Of a stretch of DNA of 64,000 bases, positions 8,916-20,200 are shown piece by piece (the first letter of the stretch is position 1; the number at the start of each line of letters is the position of its first letter). The stretch covers positions 1 through 64,000 of the IMG/VR virus record IMGVR_UViG_3300020192_000010; one strand, written 5' to 3'. A program made the translations under genes and the position numbers. The DNA is from a virus. The notes under the pieces were generated by a model. That model was not told where the DNA came from, searched no databases, and was given only the letters and a program-made list of their open reading frames with translations.

Positions 8916-9730
8916 TTAATGAGTCCATAATCACGCTGAGTATTGTAGGTCTGATCGTCAACGGCATACTTGCCGTGCCACTTAGTTCTGAACCGTTGAA
9001 TGTTAGGTTGAAAGAAAAGCTTGTTAACCGGATTCTCTTTTAGAGTTGCACTTTCGCGGTGAGATATGTTTGTCTTTCCACAATAAACTATCTTCTTTCC
9101 CATGGCGCCGATTGCCAAACAAGCATCAATATCTTCGTACATCCAAATGTACTTTTCATCGAGTCCGCCGATGCCAGACTTATTGGTCGTACAAATGTTT
9201 TTGTAATACTTAGCTTTAGTCATTACTACAGCGCCGGTTACGGCCTGGAAGTAACGATTCTGTTCAGCAACGGCGTCGCTTTCCTGTCCGGCTCGGAAAT
9301 GAATCGGCAGCTGGTTGTTCTGATGAAAAATAACTCCAGCATGTTGAATCTTATTGGTACCGGTAAAGACCAATCGTGCTCCGACCATTCCAACGTCATC
9401 GGTCATGGCTGCAATCATATTCTTTATCGAGTCGGTGTCCTGTATTTCAACGTCGTTGTTTAGTAGCAGAATGTGATCGTCTGGTGCGGCCTGTGACTTA
9501 TCAAAAAGATAGTTCATCCCCTCAGCGAATGATTGCCTGTTGTTTGGGTAGGCATACGGAATGATGCCTGGCTCATTCCAGGCAGACATCTCATCTATTG
9601 TTCTATCTTCGGAACCGTTGTCCTTGACGTGCCAGCGCCAATCCAAACTCTCCAAAGCTGGCATCAGCGAGGCCTTGAGCGGTCGAAGAAGATGGATACC
9701 GTTCCATGTCAAAGTGAGTATGTGAAGCAT
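8912..9730 (-). CDS. Glycosyltransferase family 2 (rhamnosyltransferase-like)
   Basis: DNGSED, LLNNDV, AVTGA and YEDID motifs. Confidence 0.88.
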   Translation of the reverse strand: MLHILTLTWNGIHLLRPLKASLMPALESLDWRWHVKDNGSEDRTIDEMSAWNEPGIIPYAYPNNRQSFAEGMNYLFDKSQAAPDDHILLLNNDVEIQDTDSIKNMIAAMTDDVGMVGARLVFTGTNKIQHAGVIFHQNNQLPIHFRAGQESDAVAEQNRYFQAVTGAVVMTKAKYYKNICTTNKSGIGGLDEKYIWMYEDIDACLAIGAMGKKIVYCGKTNISHRESATLKENPVNKLFFQPNIQRFRTKWHGKYAVDDQTYNTQRDYGLIK

Positions 9731-9731
9731 T

Positions 9732-10730
9732 CTATAACCCTACGTTAAGTGTTCCAAGAAAATAAACGCCACCAAGAGTGTCGAATGCAATTGATGGCCC
9801 AACGTAAATATTACGTGTTAACGGAATGTGCTGCCCGACATTATAACTAACTGGCGTTACCAAGAAATTAATCTTTTGATTGTTCATAGCGTATCCGGCG
9901 CCGAGCCCCAAGAATGTCCAAGCCGGTTGAGCTTTGAATTGTCCATATGACATAAAAGCAAGGCTTAAAGAGGGTACCGCATCGGCATTGAGTTGCTGAG
10001 CATTCATGCCACCTGATATACCAAGGTAAAGTCTAGGGTTCCAAAATGAAAATGATGGAGTCGGATATTCTTGAAGAAAACGACTATTGTCTAGTTTAAC
10101 TTCGAACTTTTCACCATTCGATTCAATTTGCATTTTGTTGTAAGCATATTCTTTTCCGTTCTCGTCTTTACCAAGAACAGTGGTCGTCGTATACGTACGA
10201 GGGTAAACGGTCACATCCCATGGTTTATCTTTCCATGAGCTGAATCCTACCTGGCCCACCGGTACATTCACATTAGAGAACTTCTCATCAAGCTTCAACT
10301 GCTGGGTATTGTGTTGGTAGCCATATGGATCGGGACAAGGCAACTGGGCTCCATTGCAATCGACTGTCGGGCCAGTTCCTGGGTTGCCTGGGATTGTGCC
10401 GGTTGAAGATATATTAGTGAATTTTTGCTCTGCACTCTTAGCCACAACGACATTGATTCCGTCAACCTTGGCATTGAGTTTATCCAAATCGTTCTGCACA
10501 ACCTTCAAATCAACACCATTGCTTTTGGCAAAGTCTTCAATGTCCTTCTTGGTAGCCCACTCTTTCTGAGCCCTAAGGATATTGTCAGCCAACTGCTTCT
10601 GAAGCGTGATTTCAGATTCGATAGCTGTTTGTCGCTTGCCATTCTCTACTTGCTTCACGATGATGAAAATGAGAGCAGCAGCCACCAGGATGGCGCCGAG
10701 CCATATTAGAATTTTGGTACTTAGAGTCAT
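9732..10730 (-). CDS. Membrane-anchored protein with coiled coil and C-terminal amphipathic beta strands (spanin candidate)
   Basis: TM helix at about aa 6-25, a coiled coil, and C-terminal alternating hydrophobic strands. Confidence 0.6.
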   Translation of the reverse strand: MTLSTKILIWLGAILVAAALIFIIVKQVENGKRQTAIESEITLQKQLADNILRAQKEWATKKDIEDFAKSNGVDLKVVQNDLDKLNAKVDGINVVVAKSAEQKFTNISSTGTIPGNPGTGPTVDCNGAQLPCPDPYGYQHNTQQLKLDEKFSNVNVPVGQVGFSSWKDKPWDVTVYPRTYTTTTVLGKDENGKEYAYNKMQIESNGEKFEVKLDNSRFLQEYPTPSFSFWNPRLYLGISGGMNAQQLNADAVPSLSLAFMSYGQFKAQPAWTFLGLGAGYAMNNQKINFLVTPVSYNVGQHIPLTRNIYVGPSIAFDTLGGVYFLGTLNVGL

Positions 10731-10882
10731 TATTGTAGCCGTTTCTTAGTGGGGTTGAATAAGCGGTCAAATCCATCAGTCATCTTGAGCATAAGATCTC
10801 TGTCGTCTTTAGCTTCAACTTGAATCGTAACAGCCTGTTCGCGGCGATCTATATTATACGTAAGCGTTACATTATATTTCAT
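10730..10882 (-). CDS. 50-aa hypothetical protein (not in the ORF track)
   Basis: MKYNVTLTYNIDRREQAVTIQVEAKDDRDLMLKMTDGFDRLFNPTKKRLQ, coupled by an ATGA overlap upstream and a TAATG overlap downstream. Confidence 0.75.
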   Translation of the reverse strand: MKYNVTLTYNIDRREQAVTIQVEAKDDRDLMLKMTDGFDRLFNPTKKRLQ

Positions 10883-11589
10883 TTGCCCAGCCACTTCTTT
10901 TTGAATATCTGTTGGGCAGGACTGTACAGCCCAGATAGCCCGATTGATGTACTCGTAACCTTACCGAAATGAGTAACCGGTACCTTCATGATTTCGAAAT
11001 TGAAACCCTGAGCACGTGCCCGAAACGTCATATCGGTATCTTCAAAGTAAGCTAGACCGAACTCGGTTGAGAACGGCCCCATATCGCCAGGCAGAATAAG
11101 CTTCTCATAAGAGTCTCGGGTAGCGGTCAAATTCCAACCACCCATGTACCAATGATTGCCTTCAAATCGATCTGTCTCCTGAACGAAATTCAATTGTTCA
11201 TTCAAGATTCCGACTGTGGGACCGACCATATAATCTTTGTCACAGGCAAAGACATTTAAAAAATCTAGAATAGGCTTGGTCCAGGTTTCATGATCCTTTT
11301 GAACACGGATGTCGTTGTTCAAAAACATAACTGCGTCGCCGATAGACTCGGCAAATCCACGATTGCACGCTTTAGCAAAGCCTTCGTTTACATCATTGCG
11401 TATGTACTTGAAATTACTGCGTTTAATTTGTGCCAACGCATTCGTACCGTCAGAACTTCCGTTATCCACAACTACAATCTCGTGGCTGTCAGGAAGCCTG
11501 AACAGATCGTTTAAGCATGCGCTAGTAAAATTGTACTTATTAAATACCGGTACGACTATGGATAAAACTTTAGCTGAAGGTTCAGACAT
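10879..11589 (-). CDS. Glycosyltransferase family 2
   Basis: SIVVPVFN, VVDNGSSD, FLNNDI and YFEDTD motifs. Confidence 0.9.
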   Translation of the reverse strand: MSEPSAKVLSIVVPVFNKYNFTSACLNDLFRLPDSHEIVVVDNGSSDGTNALAQIKRSNFKYIRNDVNEGFAKACNRGFAESIGDAVMFLNNDIRVQKDHETWTKPILDFLNVFACDKDYMVGPTVGILNEQLNFVQETDRFEGNHWYMGGWNLTATRDSYEKLILPGDMGPFSTEFGLAYFEDTDMTFRARAQGFNFEIMKVPVTHFGKVTSTSIGLSGLYSPAQQIFKKKWLGK

Positions 11590-11593
11590 ATAA

Positions 11594-12670
11594 TCATATG
11601 GCTAGTGCAAGAATCTTATCGACAACTGCATTCCAAGTGTATTGTGGAATTATTTGACTGTTTATAGCATTGAATTGAGATTTTAACTCAACAACATTTG
11701 TAACGGCATGCCGAATCTTATCGACAGCATCATCAACATCAGCTCTGAATATCTTTGCGTATGGAGATTGAGTCCAGTATTGCATACGAGGAGGAGCCAT
11801 CTCTTCTTTACCTTCGATCAAAACAGAGTTGGTATCGTTTAAAAAATCTAGTTGGCCGCCATAACGAGGCGAAACGATTATGTTTTTACAAGCCATTGCT
11901 TCTAGGCCTGGCATCCAAAAACACTCCGCAAACGACATGGTCCACGTGATGTCACATGCATTATAAAGTGAATATATGTTTGGAATGAATCCACGAACAA
12001 TTTCTACTTCAGCGTGGTCACGAAACTCACTCTCGAACTGAGAGTAGATGTCTCTAAAAGAGTGCTCCCACTTCTGGGCTCCTACCGACTCAACGATTTT
12101 TAGTACAAGACAGACATCATCTTTCTTAGTGAAAGCAAGGCCGAATGCCCGCAGCAATCCGATAAAATTTTTTCTAATGTGTGGTTGCGCAATATTCGCG
12201 CAAATCTTTACAGTCTTCTTTGTCTTAAGACTAAGAGGAGGGGCCGCAGCATCAGACGGATCGATACCATGAGGCACAACCGTCATTTTAGATTCTGGAA
12301 TTCCATTGTTAGCAAATATGCGCTTAGAAAACTCAGACGATGGCAACATACGGTCACAGTAAACGTGACCCTTTGCAAAACCATTTGGAAGAACTGTTGT
12401 TTCATAGTTCCAAATTCCAAAACGATTCTTCTTTCCGTATCTGAGGTGTTCAACGAAATTCTTTAGCGTCGTATAGCTTAGCTGTAGATCGTATTCGGCT
12501 TCAGGTTTGTCTTTTAGAAAAGGTTTTAGGTCGTCGGGAAAGTATTGCGTACCATTCGTCGATATTAAATCAACGTCATGTCCCGCAGCAATCAGATTGC
12601 GAGAAATGTTTTGAGCCACTATAGCCCATGAATGATTAGTGCCCAGATATCCTTGCCATTTTATTTTCAT
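11594..12670 (-). CDS. Glycosyltransferase family 4 (GT-B)
   Basis: VVPHGID, RKN and ECFWMPGLEAMAC (EX7E) motifs. Confidence 0.88.
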   Translation of the reverse strand: MKIKWQGYLGTNHSWAIVAQNISRNLIAAGHDVDLISTNGTQYFPDDLKPFLKDKPEAEYDLQLSYTTLKNFVEHLRYGKKNRFGIWNYETTVLPNGFAKGHVYCDRMLPSSEFSKRIFANNGIPESKMTVVPHGIDPSDAAAPPLSLKTKKTVKICANIAQPHIRKNFIGLLRAFGLAFTKKDDVCLVLKIVESVGAQKWEHSFRDIYSQFESEFRDHAEVEIVRGFIPNIYSLYNACDITWTMSFAECFWMPGLEAMACKNIIVSPRYGGQLDFLNDTNSVLIEGKEEMAPPRMQYWTQSPYAKIFRADVDDAVDKIRHAVTNVVELKSQFNAINSQIIPQYTWNAVVDKILALAI

Positions 12671-13390
12671 TTAGTCCCAAAGGCCGCGTCTTATTTTCAT
12701 TAGTCTAATGAGCATTTCATCATCCTTAGCGGAAGATGCCTGGTCCGCCTGGAGCCATATTGCAGATGCAGCACGATAAACCTTTTCATCCGTTTTATCC
12801 CGGCTCGCATCGAAAAGAGCGTCGACGATATCGTGTTCCTCTTTACGTCCAGTTATCCACCAGTTGTAAAGCTCCATTGTCTCTACATAGGCATCGTGCT
12901 GAGGCCGCATTCCTCCAGCGTCAATCTGAGCGAGCGTGTAGGTGTCCAAAAGATTATGGGGTGAGCCCTCTTCTACAAACCTTTGTAGAATCACAAAGTT
13001 AGCTAAAAGAATTTGCTCACATGCATCAAGATAACCCCATTTGTATTTGTAAGAGGGGCTTTTATTTTTTCTTAAATCGACGATATGAAAAATGTGCGAT
13101 TTAAGCGTATGGGCTTTAATAAAATATATTACGCGATCAATCGGGCTAATGAATTTTATTTTGAACCAGTGCCAGCAGTCTGGAATCGTTTCTGATATGA
13201 AGTATCGGAAAGGATAGCGAATTTTCACTTCCTTCTCCCAATCTTCCCACGTGTAAGCGTCGGGTGAGAGAAAAGACTGAAACCTTCTGCTTTGAAGCGC
13301 ATTGTAACTGGAATGACCAAGATCCTTAGGACTTGGAACCTTGATGGTTACCCTGTACCACTCTCTGATGTTCTTCCAAAAATTCATCAT
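12671..13390 (-). CDS. Hypothetical protein
   Basis: 239-aa ORF abutting the GT4 gene. Confidence 0.8.
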   Translation of the reverse strand: MMNFWKNIREWYRVTIKVPSPKDLGHSSYNALQSRRFQSFLSPDAYTWEDWEKEVKIRYPFRYFISETIPDCWHWFKIKFISPIDRVIYFIKAHTLKSHIFHIVDLRKNKSPSYKYKWGYLDACEQILLANFVILQRFVEEGSPHNLLDTYTLAQIDAGGMRPQHDAYVETMELYNWWITGRKEEHDIVDALFDASRDKTDEKVYRAASAIWLQADQASSAKDDEMLIRLMKIRRGLWD

Positions 13391-13428
13391 ATGTAAATAT
13401 GACTAGCTAAACTTACTCACTCGTCAAA

Positions 13429-16400
13429 TCACAAACCAAGAATATTTCTCATCTTGGAAGAGTCTACGGTAATGAAATTGTTATTGAACCCAGCTTTTTT
13501 AAGGTGAACAGTTATCTGTACCTTTGTCGAAAGGGTCAATTTGGTATCTGTTTCTTTTAGATGGCTGAAGTTGAGTCGTAAAACTCCGGTAGACGGATCG
13601 ATATGTACACCCATCTTGTCGTCTACTAGAACGCCTTCATAGCCATCCGTAGATAAACCTTCTAGTTCTGGGTAGAACGATTGAATCGATACGGCGAAGC
13701 GCGCCTGATTCAGAAGAAGACCTTCAGGATTTGTAATGAATGAATTATCTGCGAAACGCATTGCCGTGTAACCCAAACGAGTTGTTCCGTTACCATTGTA
13801 ATCTGCTACGAAATCGGTGAACATATTCACTACTTTTTCGTCATCAAAATCAACTGTTGGTACGTTTAGGATAATGGTTCCGACTTCATAGTCTACCTTG
13901 TAAAGCGAACCGTTTGGCGATACCAGTTCACGAGCGACAACAAGATTACCAGGAACGAAGAAATCATTACGGCCCGGATCAACCTCTGTGGTGGCTGGAT
14001 ACGTAACAGATGTCGTACCTTCGCGAGCAGCAGCGAATGTCTCGACGTCTTCGTCTTCAGAGAATACGGCCGTGACCAGCTTTACATTTGGTGATGTAGC
14101 TACCAAATCTGAACGCCATGTCAAACGCTTAGTAATTGAAAACGGTATATCCACTGAGAAGTCGTGAGCCAAAAATGTATTGTCCAAATCAGAAATGTCT
14201 GGATCAGGATGAATTACATCTGCACGATTAGATAGATTGTTTGGATAATTATCGTTACGATCAATGAAGTCTTCAAGGGTCAGAAGAAGCGTGCGGAATG
14301 TAGTTCCGACACGATTGGCGGGACTCGTCACTGCTGGGATCGGCTGAACACCCAGTACATAGTTTCCGATGTAGGTTATGTCATTACTACCAACATAACC
14401 GTCTCCGTTAATATCTGATCTAAGAATTTCAAAAATCTTATCTGTATCTCTGAAAAACTTACGAATCTGTAATGTATCGGTGTTTACGAGAGCGATTATA
14501 TCAAATGTACCGTTATTCTCATCGGATGATCCACTTAAAACAATTTGACAAGTCAAATAATTAGGAATCAAAGAGAAATTGGTTGTAAGGTCCAGGAACG
14601 TTGCCACACGGCCATCGACAGGGTCGACCGTTACTTTACCAGTACCAGATGCCACGACCGTTACGCCCTGAACGATATCGTAAGTGACGGGCGTTGCTGT
14701 AGTGAAATAATTTGTACTACTCTGATAGTCTGCAAGTGTTGGTGATAACACTAGATCTTGATCTAATAGATCAGCAGCTAGCGATGCATCCGTGTCGTCT
14801 ACAAGCCCATCCCCATTAACGTCACCATAAATCATGGTTCGTACTTCAGCGCTGGCGATACGATAAAATGTATTGGGCAGCGCCGAATTAGGGATAAACT
14901 TTGCTTCGACGAGATCGCCGTTCAACAGAGCTGTTAGCAAATGAATATTGTTATCCGGATCGTCGTTCGATTCGTTAAGCTTTATTATAGCTTTGTTCTT
15001 GAACATGCCGAAATGATAGAAACTTGACGTTACCAAGCTTGTCCCGGCGTCGATGGACTTGATATTTCTATCTTGTATCGAGCCTAGAACGAGCGGATCT
15101 CCGGCCGATTGCAGCTGAGTCAATCCGGTAGCATTTACAATGCTTACATTTGGAACTAACTGTTGTCTTGAATCGACAGGGTTACCTGTTCGCTGATCTT
15201 GAACCTCTGCACTGAATTCAGTGGAAGCTTCAAGCACGCCATAGAATGGCAGGCTGGTAGAGAACGAAAGATTGCGCAAGTAGTTGTCGACAGTGGCGCC
15301 GGTCGTCTCATCTGGAGCGGTTCTTGGTAAGAAAACGCCTTGGCCAGCATCATAAGCTTGGCCATCAGATACCTTTGCCGAATCGGTCCAAACCTGAAAC
15401 CATAAATCTTCTTCTTGAATGTCAACCCACGTTGTTCCGTTGAATATAGTTACGCGTGAATCATCAACGCGGTCGTTACCTACTGGCATTAAAAGATTGC
15501 ACTTGTTTGCCGAACCAGAACGTTTAACCGTTACGGCATAGAAATTACCTACCGTAAGGCTTCCGCTCGCAACCGGAGTATTACTAAAAACGAAATCAAC
15601 TGGTTGCAAGTACCCGTCAAGAATGACTCCATTGCTTTCAAGCGTTGAATAGTTGAAGCTAACCTGTGCAAGCGGTAGGTTGGATGGTGAAAAGTCGATA
15701 GCCAATTCTGGCGTGATCTCTGACGGAGACGACACAGAAGATTGAAGAGCATAGATACTTACGACAAGGTCTCCGCTCCATGTCAAATCTGAAGGGGTAA
15801 CGGTGTTTTCTACGCCAAGGAGAAGAGATACCTTTTGAATGTTGGTCGTCTCTGCCTTGAACTTTTGCCCAAGCTGGGTCGTTACGTCGTTAACTAATAG
15901 CTTGCGAAGTTGCTTATAGCTTGTCGATACGCCAAGCGTGTCGATGTTGTAGCCAGATGCGGCAGCCTGAAGCATGGATGCGAGCGTGGCATAACCGCTA
16001 TCTAGAAAGAAATCTCTGAAAAATAGGTTTGGCTCTACATCTTGTGCCAACATGATCGTGTCACGTGATAGATAAAATGGTGACACTTCACGCACAACAA
16101 TACGACCACCAAGATTGAATGAGCGGCCCTCATCGCCTAACATATCGTTGAACAGTACAGACAAAATTTGAGTGTAGTGTTTAAACGTTACTTGTTTTTC
16201 ATTCTTGCTGAAATAGAAGGTGTCATATTGCAAATCGCCATTAAAATCCAAACCAATTACGGCTGCCTTGACTTGTTTACGGCCTGCGGCAAGCGAACCT
16301 GTTAACTCAAGTTCTAGTTGAACTCCGCTATCTTCATCTGTTGGCTGTAGCGTTGGAGCTATCGGCTTACCATCTAACGTTCCGGCTGTAAGCTGAGCTA

Positions 16401-16587
16401 CATCTGTATCAAGTAATATGCGTTGTGTTAACGACTCAGAGAGTACGCCTGTACCTATATGATTGTTAATCAAAGAGGAAGATATTTGGTCGTTATGCTC
16501 CTGCTCTGTGGTTAGATCCTCTTCACCGACTTGCTGAGAATCGAACCATACGTTTTTTAGTGCAGAAACTGGTTTTCTTTGGGTCAT
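13429..16587 (-). CDS. Large virion (baseplate-associated) protein with two dockerin-like Ca-binding loops
   Basis: 1052 aa at the end of the baseplate operon; GDVNGDGLVDDTD and SDINGDGYVGSND loops. Confidence 0.65.
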   Translation of the reverse strand: MTQRKPVSALKNVWFDSQQVGEEDLTTEQEHNDQISSSLINNHIGTGVLSESLTQRILLDTDVAQLTAGTLDGKPIAPTLQPTDEDSGVQLELELTGSLAAGRKQVKAAVIGLDFNGDLQYDTFYFSKNEKQVTFKHYTQILSVLFNDMLGDEGRSFNLGGRIVVREVSPFYLSRDTIMLAQDVEPNLFFRDFFLDSGYATLASMLQAAASGYNIDTLGVSTSYKQLRKLLVNDVTTQLGQKFKAETTNIQKVSLLLGVENTVTPSDLTWSGDLVVSIYALQSSVSSPSEITPELAIDFSPSNLPLAQVSFNYSTLESNGVILDGYLQPVDFVFSNTPVASGSLTVGNFYAVTVKRSGSANKCNLLMPVGNDRVDDSRVTIFNGTTWVDIQEEDLWFQVWTDSAKVSDGQAYDAGQGVFLPRTAPDETTGATVDNYLRNLSFSTSLPFYGVLEASTEFSAEVQDQRTGNPVDSRQQLVPNVSIVNATGLTQLQSAGDPLVLGSIQDRNIKSIDAGTSLVTSSFYHFGMFKNKAIIKLNESNDDPDNNIHLLTALLNGDLVEAKFIPNSALPNTFYRIASAEVRTMIYGDVNGDGLVDDTDASLAADLLDQDLVLSPTLADYQSSTNYFTTATPVTYDIVQGVTVVASGTGKVTVDPVDGRVATFLDLTTNFSLIPNYLTCQIVLSGSSDENNGTFDIIALVNTDTLQIRKFFRDTDKIFEILRSDINGDGYVGSNDITYIGNYVLGVQPIPAVTSPANRVGTTFRTLLLTLEDFIDRNDNYPNNLSNRADVIHPDPDISDLDNTFLAHDFSVDIPFSITKRLTWRSDLVATSPNVKLVTAVFSEDEDVETFAAAREGTTSVTYPATTEVDPGRNDFFVPGNLVVARELVSPNGSLYKVDYEVGTIILNVPTVDFDDEKVVNMFTDFVADYNGNGTTRLGYTAMRFADNSFITNPEGLLLNQARFAVSIQSFYPELEGLSTDGYEGVLVDDKMGVHIDPSTGVLRLNFSHLKETDTKLTLSTKVQITVHLKKAGFNNNFITVDSSKMRNILGL

Positions 16588-17237
16588 GTATCGGCTCTTT
16601 CACTTCTTTTATTACCATCTAATATGTTAGATTTAGAAGGATACGGTCTCAAATTTGAGAGGCTCCAGCATTTAGAAAAATTCTCATCATTAATTGATTT
16701 ATATTTCAATTTAGAATGAGGAATAATGTGGTCAACCTGCCATGTCCAAGTAGATTTGTCATTATCATTCCATTTGCTTTTTATATATTTCCCATGATTT
16801 TGCCATGTCATCCAAGGTTCAAATAATGTTTCCAAATGACACTTAAGCTCGCTCATTGTATATGGCAAAAGATTCGCTAATGTGGTGCTGATGCCTCCAC
16901 GTAATTCCTTATTTATTCTTTGGTAAAGATTGGTCTTCAATCTAAACGCGGGATCTTTTGCATAACGATTACGCACATACACTTTCTTTTTTTCATTCAA
17001 AATTTTTTTATTGTCTCTTTGGTATTTTGAATTATAATCATTACTTTGGCGGTACCTTTTGTTATTGATTTTAATTATATCTTTATTAGATTCACGATAC
17101 TTCGCATTACGTGCATTATATTTTTCTTTATTTAGAGCGTAATGCGTGCGGCTTTTTTCAAGGCAAATTTCGCATGAAGCACGATCATCACTAAAAATGC
17201 GATCAGTCCTTTTACATACACTGCACATTTTATTCAT
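16584..17237 (-). CDS. Freestanding HNH endonuclease
   Basis: CxxC N-terminus, WQVDHIIP...SNLRP...N motif; AT-rich and overlaps both neighbours. Confidence 0.82.
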   Translation of the reverse strand: MNKMCSVCKRTDRIFSDDRASCEICLEKSRTHYALNKEKYNARNAKYRESNKDIIKINNKRYRQSNDYNSKYQRDNKKILNEKKKVYVRNRYAKDPAFRLKTNLYQRINKELRGGISTTLANLLPYTMSELKCHLETLFEPWMTWQNHGKYIKSKWNDNDKSTWTWQVDHIIPHSKLKYKSINDENFSKCWSLSNLRPYPSKSNILDGNKRSERADT

Positions 17238-20200
17238 ACTCTATTGTTACCCTGCTGTTGGCCGGTTTAAGTGTTCTTATCAAAGTTTCTAGAACCTCTT
17301 TTACCTTAACAGATTGTAATATACCAAATGAATCTATTACATTGATGGAAAAATCAAATATGCCCGAGTTTTTGTTTTTAAGGAGGGCGAAATCAGTATT
17401 GAGTGTTCGCAATGAATCAAAGTCTAGTAAATATGTGGTATAAAGGTCCTCAGTGACCGGGTAAGCGGTTTCTGTGTTGGCATTGTAAGCTACGTCGATT
17501 GGCTCTCCAAATGCCGTATATGCCGGTCTAGACACGTCGCTGATGCGAAGGTTATCTATTAAACAATTAGCCAAATAGTTACCATTATAATCAGAACCGA
17601 TGTGCAATTCGTTAATCATATCAACAAACCTGATGGTCGTTATAATATTTCCCTCTCCAACGAAAGAGGAGCCGAATACAAGGTTTTGTCCGAAAAGAAG
17701 TCCAGAACCAAATAAAACGTTCCCTCGTTCAAATCCGTCGACGAACAAACGAATTTCGTCAAGTCGACGACCGCCGTTTATCTTATAAGTAACTTTAACA
17801 CGGTGCCAAGAATCTTTAGTCCAGAAGATTGGGCATCGAATCTGGTAATCAGTTCCATTGGCACGCATGTTAAATGTCAAGTATCCGTAAGGATCCTTGT
17901 AAATTGATACGCGGTCTCCGTTAAGGCCAGTAGGAATATAGCTTACGATGACGGGCGTGTTCTGGTAAGGAAGTGCGTATTGTAAATTTAGCGTTTTGCG
18001 ATCAGTATCGATCGTTCCGACTCCGAAATAGTTCTTGCCAAGGTCACCATTTGCCAATCGCACCGATACGACCTGCGATACGTTTCCAGATACTGATAGC
18101 ATTGAACGATTAGTGCTAGTTACCGTTTCTGATACATTACCTGACGCGTCGAAGTAGAATCGATACTTAGGATCGTTTGCTGTGTCTAGCAATGGAGATG
18201 CCCAGAACTCGATGCTACCCTCTTTGCGGGTATTCAATAGACCAAGGTTATCAAGTTTGATGCCACGATCTTTTATGATGACACTCTTGTCGAAATTGGT
18301 ATTAACGCTCTTGCCTGATTGCAGATAGGCGTGCTGTGCCGAGACGTAGAAATCAGCCGAATTTTCTACGTCGCCATCTTCAAGGTGCAACAGAACTAGC
18401 GACGTCGTCTTTGGGCTGATGCGTCTAAGAGCGTTATACTCGCTAGTGATCGATCCGGTGACCGTATCGGCAACTTCTCCAGTACGCGTATCAGTAAGCA
18501 TTTGTGATTCGATATGAACTTCATCGATAACGCTATTTGCCTGATTGATTAGATCGATGTCGGAGCCGAGATAAACGCTACCCTTGATTGGATCAAATTT
18601 AGCTGAAAGATATGTTGCGTAAACGATCTCGTAAAGACCGCTGGTAAGATTGTACACTTCGCCAGGTACATTTAGGTTCTCAAAATAGAACACTCCGTTT
18701 TGCAAACCGCTTCGGCTTGTCGTTGTGTTAAGCACTTCGTAGATTGTGTCGGTGAACGTCGGAACTGCTGTCGCTATCGTAACTGATAAGTGATCAGAGC
18801 TTACAGAGTCAATCTTATAATAACCAGCGCCTGGCCCAGAAAATACGTGAACGTAGTTTCCTACGTCGATAGACGAGAAATGTCCGTTTACATCGGTAAT
18901 GGTAAATCCGTTGCCGGTCAGGGTTGACCCCCACTTGACCTGATAGCTGAATTGAATCGTTGCTACCTGATCAGAATCTTCCGACTCAGTAATGATCTCT
19001 TTCTCTTTGATTCCAATGGTCATTCCGGTCTTGGCCGAATCTATCGGCTGAACTACCGCAATAATCGACGTAATTGTTTGATATCTTTGTGTAGTGTATT
19101 GTTTGCCTACAGCCGTGAAAGTCAGTGTTTCGCTAACGGCGCCGTATCCGTCCGTTCCGATGAACGATATTGTTGGTGATGTTGAAAAATCTATATTTAC
19201 ACCGCTGATATTTACTTCCAGCGTACGCCCCCAATCGCTTAGAACTGGTTGAGAAATATCTGTAGTTTTAGTGTATGTAAGAAGCGTTCCGTCGAATGCA
19301 GAATAACCATCGGTGGCTGGGTTTTGGCCAAGCGCAACGGTTGGTAGAATGACTTTTCTTATTCTTATTTCATCTAGGCTTACCGGTGCGGGAAGCCGAG
19401 TGTGCATGACGTTCGAAGCAGAGCCCCAAGCGTAGTAAGTCTGGTTGGTAGATTTGAAATTTGAGCCGAACGTTTTGATACGAACCAGATCTCCAACTTC
19501 TGCGCCGTTACGTAAAATGATAATATTGTTGTTGTTGTTATTATCCTTATCTATTTCATAGTAAGGAAGTAGTGCGCGTGTACCTGGGATTTCTGTTTCT
19601 TCGTCATTGTAAACGTAGAATGTCAGACCTGGTCCCGTTGCAGTTGGTGCCTGGTTTAGAGTTACGGACGAGCCAGATACAGCAGTTACGACGAAATGAA
19701 GCTCTGGTGACGTCTCGATTCTAACAAGGTTTCCTACAGCAACACCAAGTACATCAAAATCTGTCGATGCAGAGGTCAATACGTTTGAAGTTGCTACGAC
19801 GTTTCCGTCAGCTGCTGTGTAGATCGGATGTATCAGATACACGGCTGTGTTTGGAAAAATGTCGACGCGTGTCGATACTGGTAGTTCAGTTTTATTTACG
19901 CTGAAATTGCCTTCAGTAATGCTGAGTGGCATTGCAGTTGCTAACACTAAATCATTGCCCGATACACTCGAAACAGTATAGCCATTTTCATCAAATCCAG
20001 ATTCATCAATGAAGATGGTGTCACCTGCTAGGACTCCGGCTGCGCCGAAGTTCATGACAGCCGTGACGGTTGTGTCACCTGCTGTTGTTACGAGGTCGAT
20101 ACCCGCGACGATCGGTCTGGTGATGAGGGAAACGATTTCTTCTGGATTGATTGTTCGGAATTTTTGTCCGTAGAAGAGTGGGAAACCTTGTCCGTATCGA

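Noticed and set aside
19524-19545. Poly-Asn trinucleotide run in the 2301-aa gene as a phase-variation site
   Set aside because: It is short, imperfect and a triplet repeat, so slippage would not change frame.
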